From Catajapyx aquilonaris (Eukaryota): a stretch of DNA of 64,000 nucleotides. The notes beneath the pieces were generated by a model. That model did no database searches. It worked only from the letters and a program-made list of their open reading frames with translations, and was not told the origin of the DNA. Positions 40,701 to 53,769 of this stretch are shown in pieces. The position numbers and the translations under genes were made by a program. Positions within the stretch are counted from its first letter, which is position 1. Each line of letters starts with the position of its first letter. The stretch is from contig KZ538140.1 in the NCBI GenBank assembly GCA_000934665.2, forward strand, positions 124,001 to 188,000. Reading direction: 5' to 3'.

Positions 40701-43700
40701 ATCCGCGAAGAAAAAGAGGGGTGTCCATTGTAGTGTGAAGCCCATATAGTGACCTCTGATTCTCCCCTCGAATGCCCTGTCAGGACAGTTCCATTGTGCG
40801 GTAGAGCTTGGTAGCAGGTAGCCAGGGCAATTGGGCTTGCCATCCGCCATTTCCGCTGCGGCTTCCTTTCCTTCGGCCAGATGACGCTACGGAAGTCAAC
40901 CCTCATCAAGATGCTGCCAACGCCCCAGAGCACGACTCTTCCAGTAGAGGGAGGGGTTTTTTTTTTTTTAAAGGAAGACTTTATTAGGGTCACAACCATC
41001 CGCTTACCATCTGCGATTACTCTCCCCCGGTTCTCAAGAAAAGGAGGGGGTGGAGGGGGGGGGCACCTGGCCTGACCTCCCCTATTCCTATAAAAATGTA
41101 TGAATCGCTACGTGACCTGCACCGTATATAACACTGGCCCATGGTGGGGGTACATAAAAGGGTGTTTCTTACGTGACCGCACCCTGGGTTCGGGTGTCAG
41201 GTCCCATGGAATGAATGTGTATACCATTGCGATATAAATTACAAGCTATTCGTGTTGGTTCGGTTCTAATGGCCAAGGTTGGTGTAAAATGAAACGAGTT
41301 ATATGCACGTAAGTCATGCGAAAAATCAAAGTCGCGTGAGGGTGCTTCTGGTGGATTTATCGTGCGATACACTTCCTGTAATTAGCCATCTCTCGATGAT
41401 TTGTACTAAAAAAAATTGTTGTGTTATCCCACCAACTTTCGACATATCCTGCTCCTTACATCATGTGACATCCCCTCATGTGTGACACTGTTCAAGAGGA
41501 CCGGGGAGAGTGTTGTTGGGAAACTCGGCGGATGGTTGTTACAGGAAGCGGGGCTGATACACTGACATCCTGCCGAACTGGGCCTGTGGAATGTAAATAG
41601 CCCCGGCTGCTATTACTCACTGCTATTGTGCTCGCGCTCACCTTTCATGTAAGCTGAGTTTACCCCCTGTTTGTTTTGCTTGCCAGGCTCCAATAACGTT
41701 ACTGTTCAAGCTCCCCTCTGGTCGCATCGCACAGAGAGACGTGAACTGATATGAATACAAGGCTGCGTTACTGATGCCTACTCCTAGTTACATGCCTTTG
41801 GTATTAAATTCGTGTTATACTGTGACGCCATTTTTTTTCTAGCTGCAGCGAATTCGAGTTGGAGAAAACCTACGTGTTCTTGCCAATCTTAAAAAAATTT
41901 ATAAATAATGTAAAAATAATTTTGTGACGAATTCCCCCTGTGAGACCGCAACTTTTGCACTTATTCATATTTTGGCGCTTCCATTATGTACACTCAGAGA
42001 CCGCGTCATTGGTGCTGCCACATTGCACTAATTCATACCGTGAGGTTTGCATAATACACACTGCGAGGCCCGCCAGGTATCCATAATGCAATTCGACCCA
42101 TAAACGTGCCTTTTGTAACATCGACCCATCTGACCAACCATTGGTACAACATGTACTGTGGGAGGAATTGATCTGGAAAACCTTTTTTTTTGTGTGGGTT
42201 GGACATGATCTCTCGTTTGACGGATGACGTGACGAGTCAGAGTTTATAGGGGCGGTCGGAACTCATTCCCTTGAGTCCAAAGCCTCCCCCTGTCCTACTT
42301 CCTTCCTCGTCTGCTTCTGTCGTTTCAATTAGGAGATCCGCCCGAGAGACCACCAGCCGACTGCCTTCTTGGCCTCATCTCCACTCTCTGGGCTCAGCAC
42401 AGCACCAAAATATATCTATCTACAAACCTCCTCTTCCTGCTCCACGTATTGTGCATCCCGGATATTTCCCATGCATGTATCCGGATCATTCTGCTGGCAG
42501 CGGGTATAAATATACAGGGGGGCCCCTGGCACGGCCTACTAATCAAATTTCAGGGGCCGGCCCAACAAAGATGGACGCCAAAATTATTCAACTAAACAAG
42601 CTCGCAAATGAGCCAAATCCGAATGAGCTATTACATTTAATAAATTGCGATGGGGGCTACAGACACTGTAAACTGACACTAGGGGGCGGGGGGGGGGGGG
42701 AGTTCCCGTTGTTTCGGTTGGAACCAATGGGAATTAATGCGGGTATTTGAACTATTTATTTGCACAAATGAGCGAAAACATCAAACCAACCATAACGATA
42801 CTTACAGTTAGTGGTAAGTCCAATCCTGCTTAAATAAGATTAAAAAATTAATGGCCACTCTATTTTCAATCCTGCTTAAGTGGGAAGGTTAAATAAAATT
42901 AATTTTTACATGTTTAATGTCTACACCCATTTTAAAAATATGTGAGCTGGAAGATCGTTATGTAGTTTCATTGTTAGGGGTGCTTCGCGAGCAAATTTTC
43001 TCACTCACTTTTTCCCCTCACTGCAAGAGGGGTCGAAATTGCTTTTTGCCCACATTACCGTTATGGTAACAAAAATTAGCCAACTTCTTTTTATACTCTA
43101 CTTTGTGTCCAAATTGAGGCAGAGGGAGTTCAGGCCCAGCGTTTTAATGTCCTGCGTTCGCCTTTACGCATACTTCCATCCCCAAAAAAGGGAGAAGACA
43201 GGAATAGTGTTGAGAGCCTGATGCCAACAGAGTAGAAAACCCAGGCCTCTCCTCCGCATGAAATATTTAAACGCGCTTCCAGGTTGTTAGACAGCGTGCA
43301 CTTTTCTACTTGCGCAGTGTAACTGTGTAAGTAGATTTAGCTAATGTGTGGATGCGATTATAAAAGCATGAAAATTGGTGGAGGGAGAGGCCCTGAATTG
43401 CACTTTAAATTATTTGCAGCTATGTAGGGATTATCCCAGAGAGATTTGCACCTTGTTGGGTTGGATTGTTTGAAATGTACTTTTTTGTCATGTTTTCGTG
43501 CCTCGTTCAATATGTGGTTCAACCCAGTGGATGTTCCCCTAGATATTTACATACCGGGGTATTAAAAATATGTAAGTAGCAGTGTGTATGGATGTGTGTG
43601 TGTGGGGCTCAATATATAGCAACATCCCGGAATGGAGCAGGTGGCCTGATGGTAACGTCTGGCGTAACGGGCGTGGCAGTGAATCAGCAGTAAAAAGGAC

Positions 43701-46366
43701 GGCTTGTTTCGCCGGTTAGTGGCGTTAGACCAATGCCGTCCATACCAGTAAAATAAACAGCCCTATAAAAGTTGGCAGCAGGACGAGGGAAGGTCGGTCC
43801 GAGGAGTCTATCGTGGATCATACCAACCTGGGGTTAAGTGATGGCCTGATTAGTTGGGGGAAAATATTCGAGAAAATCCCAAATTAGCCAAATCAATGCA
43901 AGAAGATTTTACTTGCAGTGTAATGTCCAGCAAATTACGACAGATAAAAAAATACCATTTGATTTGCGAAAAAAGCAGAAAAATAATTTCGAGAGTAGTT
44001 GTGTTAATTATACGCCCCTGGTGATCGTTAGAGACGCAATTTAATCCTGTACAGTATGTGCACTTGCATAATGCGGAGGGCTAATTATTTTCCCAACAAA
44101 CTATTCCAAAATTTACGCTCCTATCCGGCGATGTACGACACGGAACTCATTTGTTAACAAAAGCACTGCAATTTTCACGACCTGAACATACACGTTTAAT
44201 TGCAAAACCGGAACAAGAAAATCGAGCCGTTAAAACCGTGCTGGGTCCAGCTTTTCAAAATAGTGCACAACGATTTTCCCCCTTCCCGAGTTATGGAGCC
44301 CCACCCATCCAATCAATAATTATAACACCTCTCTGAACCTGTGTAATTAAGGCCACCCTCACTCTATACCTGCCACCAACTCTTGGGTGTCATTCAAGAA
44401 CCGCGCCATATGGGCCTCAATATTAATTTACAACCGGCCCCTGCCCAGTGTTATTTTTCTAGCCGGGCAGGTACTTACGTCTCTATCAACAAGTGACGTG
44501 TCATAAAAGCGAGTCCATCCGCTTCATGGCCACAGGGATATCGAAATTTGTTCCCCAGTCAATATGCAAAGGGCAAACACATCAAATGGAGGAGCAGCCA
44601 CCATCAGGCAGCAGGCAGGGATATTAAGTGTGCTTCCGGGGAACTTTATTGATGGGAGGGTGGTGGGGTTGGAAGTGGTTAGCGACGTTTTTTTAGGAAA
44701 CAAAAACTGTAGGTGGGGTTGGGAGTCAATAAGAAAAGGTCGGGTCAAGGGTCTAATTTATTATTGGAAGTAATGATAGGTTTGACCAGGAAGAAAAACC
44801 GTTTTCCTATTCCAAATATTACTCTACATGAAATACTCGTACGTTAAAGAAATATATTTTCAATATTTTCTCTATATTGAAATCGTGCAATATATCTAAA
44901 TATTTCTAGAGAAGATTTTCCAAGAAAATTAATCAATTTACATATTGAATTGGTTTAAGACACCGAATTGTAAATGTGCTAAAATATTATTCTAATTCCC
45001 GTTCAGACATTCCGGATTGTAGGTCACATGGCCAGATTTGGTTCCATATAATCTGATTTGACATGAGCTACCCCCTGTGGCCACTCTGAAACTATATAGA
45101 GTTAGGGTGGGGCAACATTGTTTGATTGACGAGCTGAAATTGCCAGCACCCGTGAAAAGACCCATAAGCAGATTCCCTTGTACATCGCACACAAAAATGC
45201 AAACAATTGCCCACGCATTGTTCCCGACAGCGAACGTGGTTGATTTCACATTTTGTCATTTGCGTGTGTGGGGGAGGTTGCACACACACAAAAAAAAAGA
45301 GAGAGAAAAAAAAAATTGCAGAGGGCCCTAATCATACTGCAACACGCAGTGTGTGCGTACACACATAATGAGAACGGATGAGAACTGCATGGCGTTATTG
45401 AAACCGCCGGACCTGAAAGTGTTAAGCCTAGATTTCAGCTACAGGGCTCAATCAGCGTTTCGGTCCGCTCTCCAGTAATTGCAGTGTAAACACCCCGTCG
45501 AAAAAAAAAATATGACTGCACAAAAATTCTGTCAGCACACGAAAAAAAATTCAACCGAACTATCGATAGGCCTTGATGCTAAATCAACATCGGTATGAAT
45601 ATTTGAAGTGGTGTTGAAACTGACGCCCTTCGAAGCGACAAGTGTGTCGTAAAAATAACGCCCACGTTATTGTACAGACCTGTGGGACACTATACGCGTT
45701 TTTTTTAAAAATCCATTCTAAGGAACGCTACAAAATAGGTTTTTATTCGTTCAACAGGTTTCTCACTAAGGAGTGATTATGAAGTCGGGAATTGCAGCCT
45801 TAAGATTGTGCTCTGGGAATCGAAAATGTCAATCGGTGCCAGCTACGACCTTGCATCTTGAGTAGGAGTCTAACAAAGAACTAAGAAAATTCTAAGAATT
45901 GGCCTGTCGTACTGTACTGTACAAAAACATGCCAGGTATTGCATTTTCGCACATGCATAGTATGTTTAACAAGTGGGTGTACTTGGAAGTGTTTGCGCTT
46001 CCAAGAAGTCTAAATGTGTGTTTCACGTGAAGATTTTTTTTATTTTTTAAAGTGGAGACGTGAAAATGAGGTGACTTGAGTTTGGAGAAGGGCAGGAACA
46101 AGATGGAACAGGAGTTAGTGTAGTCTTACAAGAAAATCTGGAGCGTGCCGGGAATCGCGTTTGGGGAAGTAAGGCTCCGGGATTGGGAATCCACTTAGCA
46201 AGGGAAATCGATTTTGGGTTAGTCTGTAGTCTCATTTCCAAGCGGTGAAAATCTGAACGGGGGAGTGGGTAGGGGGGTAGGATCATAGTGTGTGGAATGG
46301 ATTCTGTAATGAGGCGTCTAGGAATGGTGGCGAACAAGGCAGTCCTTTTTTTTGGGGGGGGGGGGG

Positions 46367-46382
46367 NNNNNNNNNNNNNNNN
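46367..46382. other. Assembly gap (16 N) inside a poly-G tract
   Basis: Run of N flanked on both sides by G homopolymer. Confidence 0.95.
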
Positions 46383-48706
46383 NGGGGGGGGGGGGGATTG
46401 GACAGATTCCGTGACTTTTTGTCGTGTAGACTTTAGCATTTTTTTGTGTTCGATTTTTCTAGGATGAATAGGTCTGATCTATTACACTGAAATCCATATT
46501 TTGCATTTTAAAAAAGTGCTCATGACGTGTAAACGGGACATCACCTGGAGACGGGGCAATGTCCTGTTTTGTAGTCAGGACCCCATTTTTCAAGTCTCAA
46601 ATTCGTAATTACAGTCGGGGTGATGCCATTTTTTTCTGATATCTGAATTAGTATTAAGCATTTATAGCATGAACATGTTAGACCTGTAGGTTATTCCTGT
46701 GTTACACTGTGATTGGGCGTTGAGCTTTGTGGTGTGCCCCTGGCGAGCGGGCTGACCGCAACACTAGGGAGATTCACAGGTTTCACTCCTTTCAGAATGA
46801 TTTGAAAATTGGAACTGATTCCAGCTGCACATTATACAGTACATGCAGCGACAAAAACGTACTATGGTTGGCCACTTTATCCTGGTCTTGAAGCAACCCT
46901 TCACACATCAACGTGGGGCCTGTGCGAAGGGTTGCTTCAAGACCAGGATAAAGCGGCCAAAACAATTTGAGCCCCATAGTACGTGATGTCCGACAATTAA
47001 ATATGCTCTAGCATTTTTTAAAAATGTATACAGAGTAAGTACACCAATTATTTTCTCAGCTTATACGTATCAAATAGTGCAGCGGACAGAACTGGCACTA
47101 TAACCCCCATAAGGAATAGTCGAGACAAACGATCTCGAAATCTGGCGCATATGACTCGACGATAGGCGTCTCCCATAAATCACAGAGGTCACGACACAAA
47201 AGCAAACGTCACCCTTGCATCCACGGAGTAGGGGGAAGGAGGAGTTATATAGGCGGGGGTAGATTTTCTTCTTCTTCTTCTTCATATATATAAAAAAGGA
47301 AGAAGAAGAAGAAGGCAAGAGAAGCTGAAGAGCGTCTGGGTCCCTCTGCTCGTTCTCCGAGACCAACAAGCAGTTCTCAGGCCATCTCTTCAAACCCGGA
47401 ACCCCCGCGGACGTCATGCAAAACAAATGAAGGCTGTCTGGGAAGGGGGGGGGGATGAAGAGGGGAGGAAGAGGGAAGGCGTTGAGAGGAAAGCTCCGGG
47501 CCTGCAGATGGAGCAGCCAGCACCGCCATTTTTCACTTTACGCAACATTAAGTGAGGGACTCGGCCTCCAATAATGGAATGCATTTATTACGGGAATAAT
47601 AGGGAAGAGGAGGAGGAGGAGGAGGAGAATCAGGGAACAGGAGTGAATTGGGTCCGCCTGAGAAGGATGAGCTCGCTCTATCTCTGTGCTACCTATTACC
47701 TTGTTACACTTTGGAGGAATGGAGGAGGCTGGAGGGGAATTTGGACCACTATTGTTGCTCTGAGCCTTGTTGGAATTGATTTTTTTTAATCGGATGGATT
47801 GTTAATGAAATTATAGGCGGTTGTGTAATTAGTTACAGCTCATTATGCCCGTATTTTGGTATTATAATAGTATAGATTACCATGGTAAAGTTAGGAAAGC
47901 TATAGATCTCCACATGAATCTTACATGTATAAAGTACAAAGTTTGTTGGTGTTTATGTATGTCACGGATACCTGACCCACCTCCTAACTCCTGAGAATGC
48001 TGAAACCTGGCGCACTGACGTCTTATGTGCCGCTGAGTTAGGGAAAAGTCCGAAAACTGCACTTTTTTGACTGAGTCTAAATACCCAAAATTTAGATTTT
48101 GTTTGTTTGTGATGTTTGGTGTCTTATCTGCTGCAATTGTGGCACAGATTTCTTTTATTTATCAATCACCTTGCGAAGAAAGGGTCCGCTGCTAGTATAC
48201 TTACTGTTTCTAAAAATTCTCTAATTCCATATATGGGGGAAAAATCGATGTCGGAAGTGGCTAGTGGACTGTATGAATGCAGTCACATCATGGGGTTGGG
48301 CATTAATCAGAGGGAATACTGACGTGCAGAGGGCCTAGCTTGGCAGTGGCGCAACATGAAGGGGGAATGGGGAGGAGGGGAGGGGAGGGCCTCCCCTACG
48401 TTATATAGGCTGCACATATGTCTCCGAAAATGGAAACTCAATACTCGACAACCGGGTCGTTTCCAATGCACGCGCGCAGTTAATGATGCGCGTTACAGTT
48501 ATCACCCATTAGCGTATTGACTTTGCACTACCCCCGCTCCTTCATGCACCATCTCCATTAGCCACATATTAGGAAGAAAACGGGCCTGCAAAAGATTTTG
48601 CCATCTGCAGTTAAACCTGACTGTCCTATAGTAACGAGGTTTCAGAAGCACGTATCGCGAACACCGTTTGCTTCAACTTTACGAGCCAGCCTGTTGAAGA
48701 ATAAAA

Positions 48707-48712
48707 TTTATT
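48707..48712 (-). promoter_or_regulatory. Polyadenylation signal AATAAA of the coiled-coil gene
   Basis: TTTATT on + at 48707-48712, about 50 nt past the stop codon on the minus strand. Confidence 0.55.
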
Positions 48713-48763
48713 TCATTGGAAAAATTGAACAAAGATTTAGGATGGTGGGAGAATATGATGAGA

Positions 48764-49723
48764 TTATTGTAACACGGTCTTGGTTCGTTGAATGGTCTCT
48801 TCAAACTTGCGGGAAACCTCGTTGTGCAAGGCGACTGTTTCCAGCTCAGACTTTTGCGCCTTTATGTTCAGCACCAGCTTTTCCTGCAACACAAGCGCCT
48901 TCAGCAGCTTCCTCTTCAACTTGTCCGATTCCATTGCCTGCGTCTGTGACTTCTTCTCAGCCAGATACTGCTTATCCTCCGCGGACTTGATCTCGTTCTT
49001 GAGCTTGTTCATCGCTTCCGATATGATTTTGATGTCTTCCGCTTTGGGTTCTTTTGCCGACTGTCGGCGCATGTCCGCTTTGGATTGGAGCAGAGCGTTC
49101 TTGGCCTCCTTCAACTGTCCGTCCTTATGCTGCATGCTCTGGAACATCTCCATGTTGACAATGTGTAGTCTCTGGTTCTCCATAGCCAGCGTCTTGTTGC
49201 TCTTGGCCAGCTCACTCTGATCCCTGAAGTACAACTTCTGCGCACCCTCCATCCGCTTCATGTCCCCGGTCATTTGCTTCAGGTTGTCCATAGCATGCTT
49301 CAGCTGCTTCGCCAAAGATATGTTCTCGGCTCTTAGATGCACGATCAGCTTCTTGGTCGATGGAGTGATGCACCCCAGCCGTTGTCCTTTGTTCATGTCG
49401 ATTTCTTCTTCCCCGCCTGAGTCAATACTTGACCCGCTGGGTCTTGTGGGGGATTGATGGAGAGATCCTCCTGTTCTGCTCCTCCTCATCTTTGGATCGC
49501 TGGAATCCGCTGTGTCGGCGGTGTCGCGCTTCTTTGTGAGGGAGAACGGTTTGGACACCAGTATTCTAGGATCCCGTTTCCTGTTCCGGTTCAGGAAGTT
49601 GTCCACTTGTTGGATCAGCAATGAAGAGGAGCATGTGGAGAGCTTCTGATTCGTAGTCTTGCCTTGCAGCTCTCTCATCTTCACAGCCTGCTTCTTACGT
49701 TCTAGTTGGTTGTTCAGATCCAT
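48764..49723 (-). CDS. Uncharacterised ~319-aa protein: S/K/R-rich N-terminal part and long C-terminal coiled-coil (K/E/Q/L/M/A-rich), one coding exon
   Basis: By far the longest ORF (track gives 48764-49741, but that starts at TTG just after an in-frame TAA). The first ATG (49723-49721, MDLNNQ...) has a good context, caaacgATGg. The region lacks the homopolymer runs typical of the window. The C-terminal ~190 aa (LIVHLRAENISLAKQLKHAMDNLKQM...) is nearly proline-free with heptad-like spacing. TAA stop at 48764-48766, AATAAA about 50 nt downstream. Confidence 0.8.
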   Translation of the reverse strand: MDLNNQLERKKQAVKMRELQGKTTNQKLSTCSSSLLIQQVDNFLNRNRKRDPRILVSKPFSLTKKRDTADTADSSDPKMRRSRTGGSLHQSPTRPSGSSIDSGGEEEIDMNKGQRLGCITPSTKKLIVHLRAENISLAKQLKHAMDNLKQMTGDMKRMEGAQKLYFRDQSELAKSNKTLAMENQRLHIVNMEMFQSMQHKDGQLKEAKNALLQSKADMRRQSAKEPKAEDIKIISEAMNKLKNEIKSAEDKQYLAEKKSQTQAMESDKLKRKLLKALVLQEKLVLNIKAQKSELETVALHNEVSRKFEETIQRTKTVLQ

Positions 49724-49759
49724 CGTTTGAACTTTTGCCAATTAATTGGCAAAGAAATC

Positions 49760-50172
49760 CTGCGAGAAACATGGAAATGTGTTAATTACTCCAGTTACTC
49801 ATGTCTAGATATAGTATCTATAGTTTGTGATTGTTCGGGGTTTGCCAAGTTGTTCTCGATTTCATTGCTATTGTCTTGTAGTAGACTTGGACCATAGCTG
49901 TCATAGTTACAGTTTGAGCGAAATTGTCTTATAGGCTAACTGTGATCATTGACTTTCTGATGATCAAATATATTCGACAAAATGCAAATACAAAATGGTC
50001 CCAGAAGCAGTCTTCAAATCAAAACGATTATCTCCTGATCATTATTCTGTAACACTGATTGTTAGCCCCTCAGATTCATTTTAAGTCTTCATTACGTAGT
50101 ATGAGTAACACATAATTATGTCTACAACTTATCCTCTAACTTACTGGATAGACATGCAGCCGATGTACTTAC
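49760..50172 (-). other. Probable 5'-UTR intron of the coiled-coil gene (donor position uncertain)
   Basis: Minus-strand acceptor catttccatgtttctcgcAG|gatttc ends at 49760, 36 nt before the ATG. Candidate GTAAGT donors lie at 50172-50167 (cac|GTAAGT) and near 50144. Confidence 0.35.
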
Positions 50173-52466
50173 GTGCTGCTATTGCAGACCACTTCTATAA
50201 ACATCCGCCAGGTAGTCGAACAGCGAGAGCGACTGAAAATTTTCACCTTCGTATTTTAAAAATTCTGCATTATAATGAAGCCCATTCGTTTCCATGGTTA
50301 TGTACAATAATTAGTAGTATAGTATTTGTTATTTATTTAGCAAAAATCATGCGCTATTTCATAGCAGATAGTGGCGCCAGGTCCAAGAGTACCATCTTAA
50401 AAATTGAAGTCGATTGAGCCTCAAAGTGGAGGAATCCTTCTGGTCACTTTTTGTACTTGTAGGCTATAGGGTGGTCCAATTCATTTAGCGATTTTTGTGA
50501 AACAAAACATTAGTTGAAAAAATCAGGCCGAATTGAATCATCCATTCAAGATGGGAATAGTAATGAATACAAAAGTTAATTTGTTGCCATTTTTGCTGGG
50601 AGACGTCAACAATGATCACGTCACTTTGCACTTTTGAAGAAGAAAAAAAAATCTGAGTGTAGCAAGCGAACCTTTTCTCTTTGAAGAGTGTTACTAAACT
50701 TATATGGACAATTCTTGAACATTGTAACCGTGGCCATGTTTGGCTTGTGCTTTTCAACTCCCTCCCCTTTTCGCTCCTCCCAGAGTGCAGTTCGCGAGCG
50801 GGACCGCACGTTCCAAATCACATTTGGCTGCTCACCATTATGCTGCACACAGAGAAGAGCGGGGAGAGAGGCAGGCAGGCAGGGAGGCAGGCAGGCAGGC
50901 GTCGGAGCAGGCTGGGCCTATTATAGACTGGTTTGAGCCGGGAATAACGTGAAAGAGGCGTTACAATGAGGCCAGATTGAATTAAATTGTTCCCTGCTAA
51001 ACAAGGAATTGCTTCGCTGGTGCGGTGCCGCTTTTGGCATGCTGCAAGCCCCGCTGCCTCACCGTGCTTTAAAAGGCAAATAATGCTATGGAGGGGGGGT
51101 GGGGGAGGGAGGAGATGGGGAGGGTGAGGGATGTGACGCGGAAAAGTAGCTCTTTGGGGAGTCAGATTGTTGAAGAGATTAAACAATTAGTCGGGTAAGC
51201 ATCGCGGAATGTGCTGCACATTCGGTTCGCTGCCGCCCAAGATTTTCGGCCCTAATGTATGGACTAATTCCGGGGAATTATGATCCGGGTTTGCCCACTA
51301 GACGACTAGGTATGGGGAGGATGGGAGGTTTATCCGGGCGTAATTTTGCGGATGAATATACAAATAGATGGGGAATAATTTGGGAGACATCCTTGGAGAC
51401 ATCAGTGATGGCCGGTGAGTGCGCAATTTTTGGGCAAAATATTACGTAAAAAATGTGGCATATTTTTCTGAATCATCCTGTAACCACAGACGGAAGTTGC
51501 TAAGCTATCATCACATGTCGACTTGCGAAAAGAAATTATTGCGCAAAGTTGAGTCCATGACTCGACCGCTTCTTCCGGCGGGTTTGGGCTATAAGGAGTA
51601 GGGAAAGAACCTGAGGGAGTCCCGGATTAGAACCGGTCGTGTCCTCTTCCGGGATGCGGTTTTGAACCGCACACTACTCCGGAGTCGCTTGTCTGATCCT
51701 GCTGCCTTTTGGAAAACCGGGAGACCCCCTCTTTTCCCTACTATACATCTCCCGGGACGCTTGAGGCTTCCTGGAAAGTCCATCAACCTTGTTGAGGTAA
51801 TGGACCTGGTTTTATCTTGCTTAGACTGGCCCAACCTTTAATAATGGAGTTCGCTGTAAAGCATTGGGGACGTTTTATAAAATGAAGGAAGGGGGGGGGG
51901 GGNGTATATCGTAATGTAATTTAGAGCAAGCCACATCTGCACGCGTCTCGGGGTTGACAAAGTATCAAATCTTCCTGGCAACAAAGTCGATTTGGTGCCG
52001 CCGTTTTCTTGAGTGGGCGGGGAGGGGGGTGGGGAGGTGGAAGAAAGAAAGTGGGTGGAAGCACATCCTCGACGCGTCTGAATAATTCGTAAGAAAAATC
52101 GCTGCTACGTCCGAGGAACAGCGTCAATCCCACTGAGCTCCCACTCTTCAAATTATTCGACCCAAAGACAGAGTGTTGCAGCTTCCTTTCCGACAAGTCT
52201 CAGGTGTTTCGCTGCGAGATCAAGTCCGTCTCTCCCCGTTTTTTTTCCTGCTTGCTACAGGGATGCTGTTGGGAAGGGAACCAGGTGGGGGGAAGGAATG
52301 GAATGGAATGATCCGAGCTTCGATCAAGTGAGAATCCCATGAGAATTTGCACCGGACTTTATTACTCCGAACGGAACATGTGTGGCACGTGTTCTGCTGA
52401 TGAAAATGAGAAGATATTGCAGTGGACTAAAAATGGCCGCCGGCAGTGCAGATTATAACAACTTAC

Positions 52467-52644
52467 ATTGAATGTAAAGGAACATCCTGGAAGTTAGATA
52501 ACCTTTGCATCTTGATTGATTCACCTGTTGCAGCCATTTCAGGCGACAATTTCACTGAAATAGCAAGGCAGGACTCTGTAACCTCAACAATAGCTGATGC
52601 CTTCCATGACGCCCCAAATGAGCTGCATCGCGGGCCATACAGTG
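52467..52644 (-). other. Candidate 178-nt minus-strand exon
   Basis: ctaattacattttgcAG|CACTG...TTCAAT|GTAAGT. One frame is open (LYGPRCSSFGASWKASAIVEVTESCLAISVKLSPEMAATGESIKMQRLSNFQDVPLHS). The pyrimidine tract is weak. Confidence 0.2.
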
Positions 52645-53769
52645 CTGCAAAATGTAATTAGCCATGAGTCTTAATTGGGGAAGTGAGAATATGGGGAGCG
52701 AGTCCAGATAGGAGATCAAAAGTACAGGTACACTAATAGTGCTGAGTGGCAGTTTTTTTGGTCCGGTCAGGAAAGTACCGGCCGGTTTAAAAAAAATTCC
52801 AACCCGTTTGATGCTGGGTGGGAAAAATCGCTTTTGCCTTCACCGGCAGCACAAACGACACGTCCAATCCCATTATGCACATTTTTGCATGGCCAGGCGC
52901 AAAAATGCAATAAAATGGACGCTTATTGTACAGGAGCGGCATGGAAAGCCGTTACCAAGGCTTCACTTCGAAAAGGAACGGAACGCTGCTGATGACGATA
53001 ACAAATTTTATTTCACCCTCCTGCAAATTCGTACAACCTGGAAAAGACCATTAATATTTTTGGACCCCCCCCCCCCCCAATCGATATCGGCAAATTCCTG
53101 ATGAGGCTATCACATATTTTTGGTGTCTAAAAAGTGGTAACAGCGCACAAGTCGGTGGTCATATCCCAGACTCGCGACTTTATTTCGCCTGACTTTGACA
53201 AATTCTGGAGAAAAGAGGGGGGGGGGGAGGGTAGAGGCAGGCAGGGACGCATTTTCCCTTTACTGGGAAGCCGAGTAATTTATTTTAACTTTAGCCTGCT
53301 TAGCTGGAATCCCATTCTGCTTACGAAGGCGAAGTTTAATATATTCCGTGCTATTAGCATGGAACAATGGGAGAGATAAGGCCGTTCCTATAGATTATGC
53401 CGGGAGAGGAGGATCCCTTAATGCACGGAGCCATTTCCCCCTGCACAAACTCCATGTGGAGTTGAGAGAAAAGGCAACCCCCTAGACGTGGTTTGTTGGT
53501 TGGAGCAGGAGGGAAGATGAGGGGGATGGTGGGGATTGCAGATTTCGACCACGACTTAATTTGCGAGGTAGGTGTATGGTTTCAACTGGAAGCTTCGGAA
53601 ATTGAAAATTGCTTTGTCGGACTCCTAGAACTGGAGGGAGCTAGGAAATTACAGCCAAGATCTAAGCTAAACTAATTTTGGAGGGAGTAGATCCGTGGTG
53701 TCGACGTCTGATCATGGAACAATGAACCAAAAGAGAGAAAAAACTTATTTTTTCCCCCTTTCTTTGCAG

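Noticed and set aside
42821..42879. Direct repeat CAATCCTGCTTAA x2 (CRISPR-like spacing considered)
   Set aside because: Only two short copies in eukaryotic DNA; a local duplication is sufficient.
43318..43326. 9-nt micro-exon candidate (ttgcgcAG|TGTAACTGT|GTAAGT)
   Set aside because: Too short to distinguish from chance without transcript data.
43636..43690. tRNA A-box-like GTGGCCTGATGGTAA
   Set aside because: No B-box and no cloverleaf downstream.
46741..46790. Weak A-box/B-box-like pair (tRNA-SINE relic?); similar at about 4047-4090
   Set aside because: The boxes are degenerate and too closely spaced, with no tail or TSD.
48598..49457. Plus-strand ORFs (130, 142 and 65 aa) overlapping the coiled-coil gene
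   Set aside because: Antisense shadows of the real minus-strand CDS.
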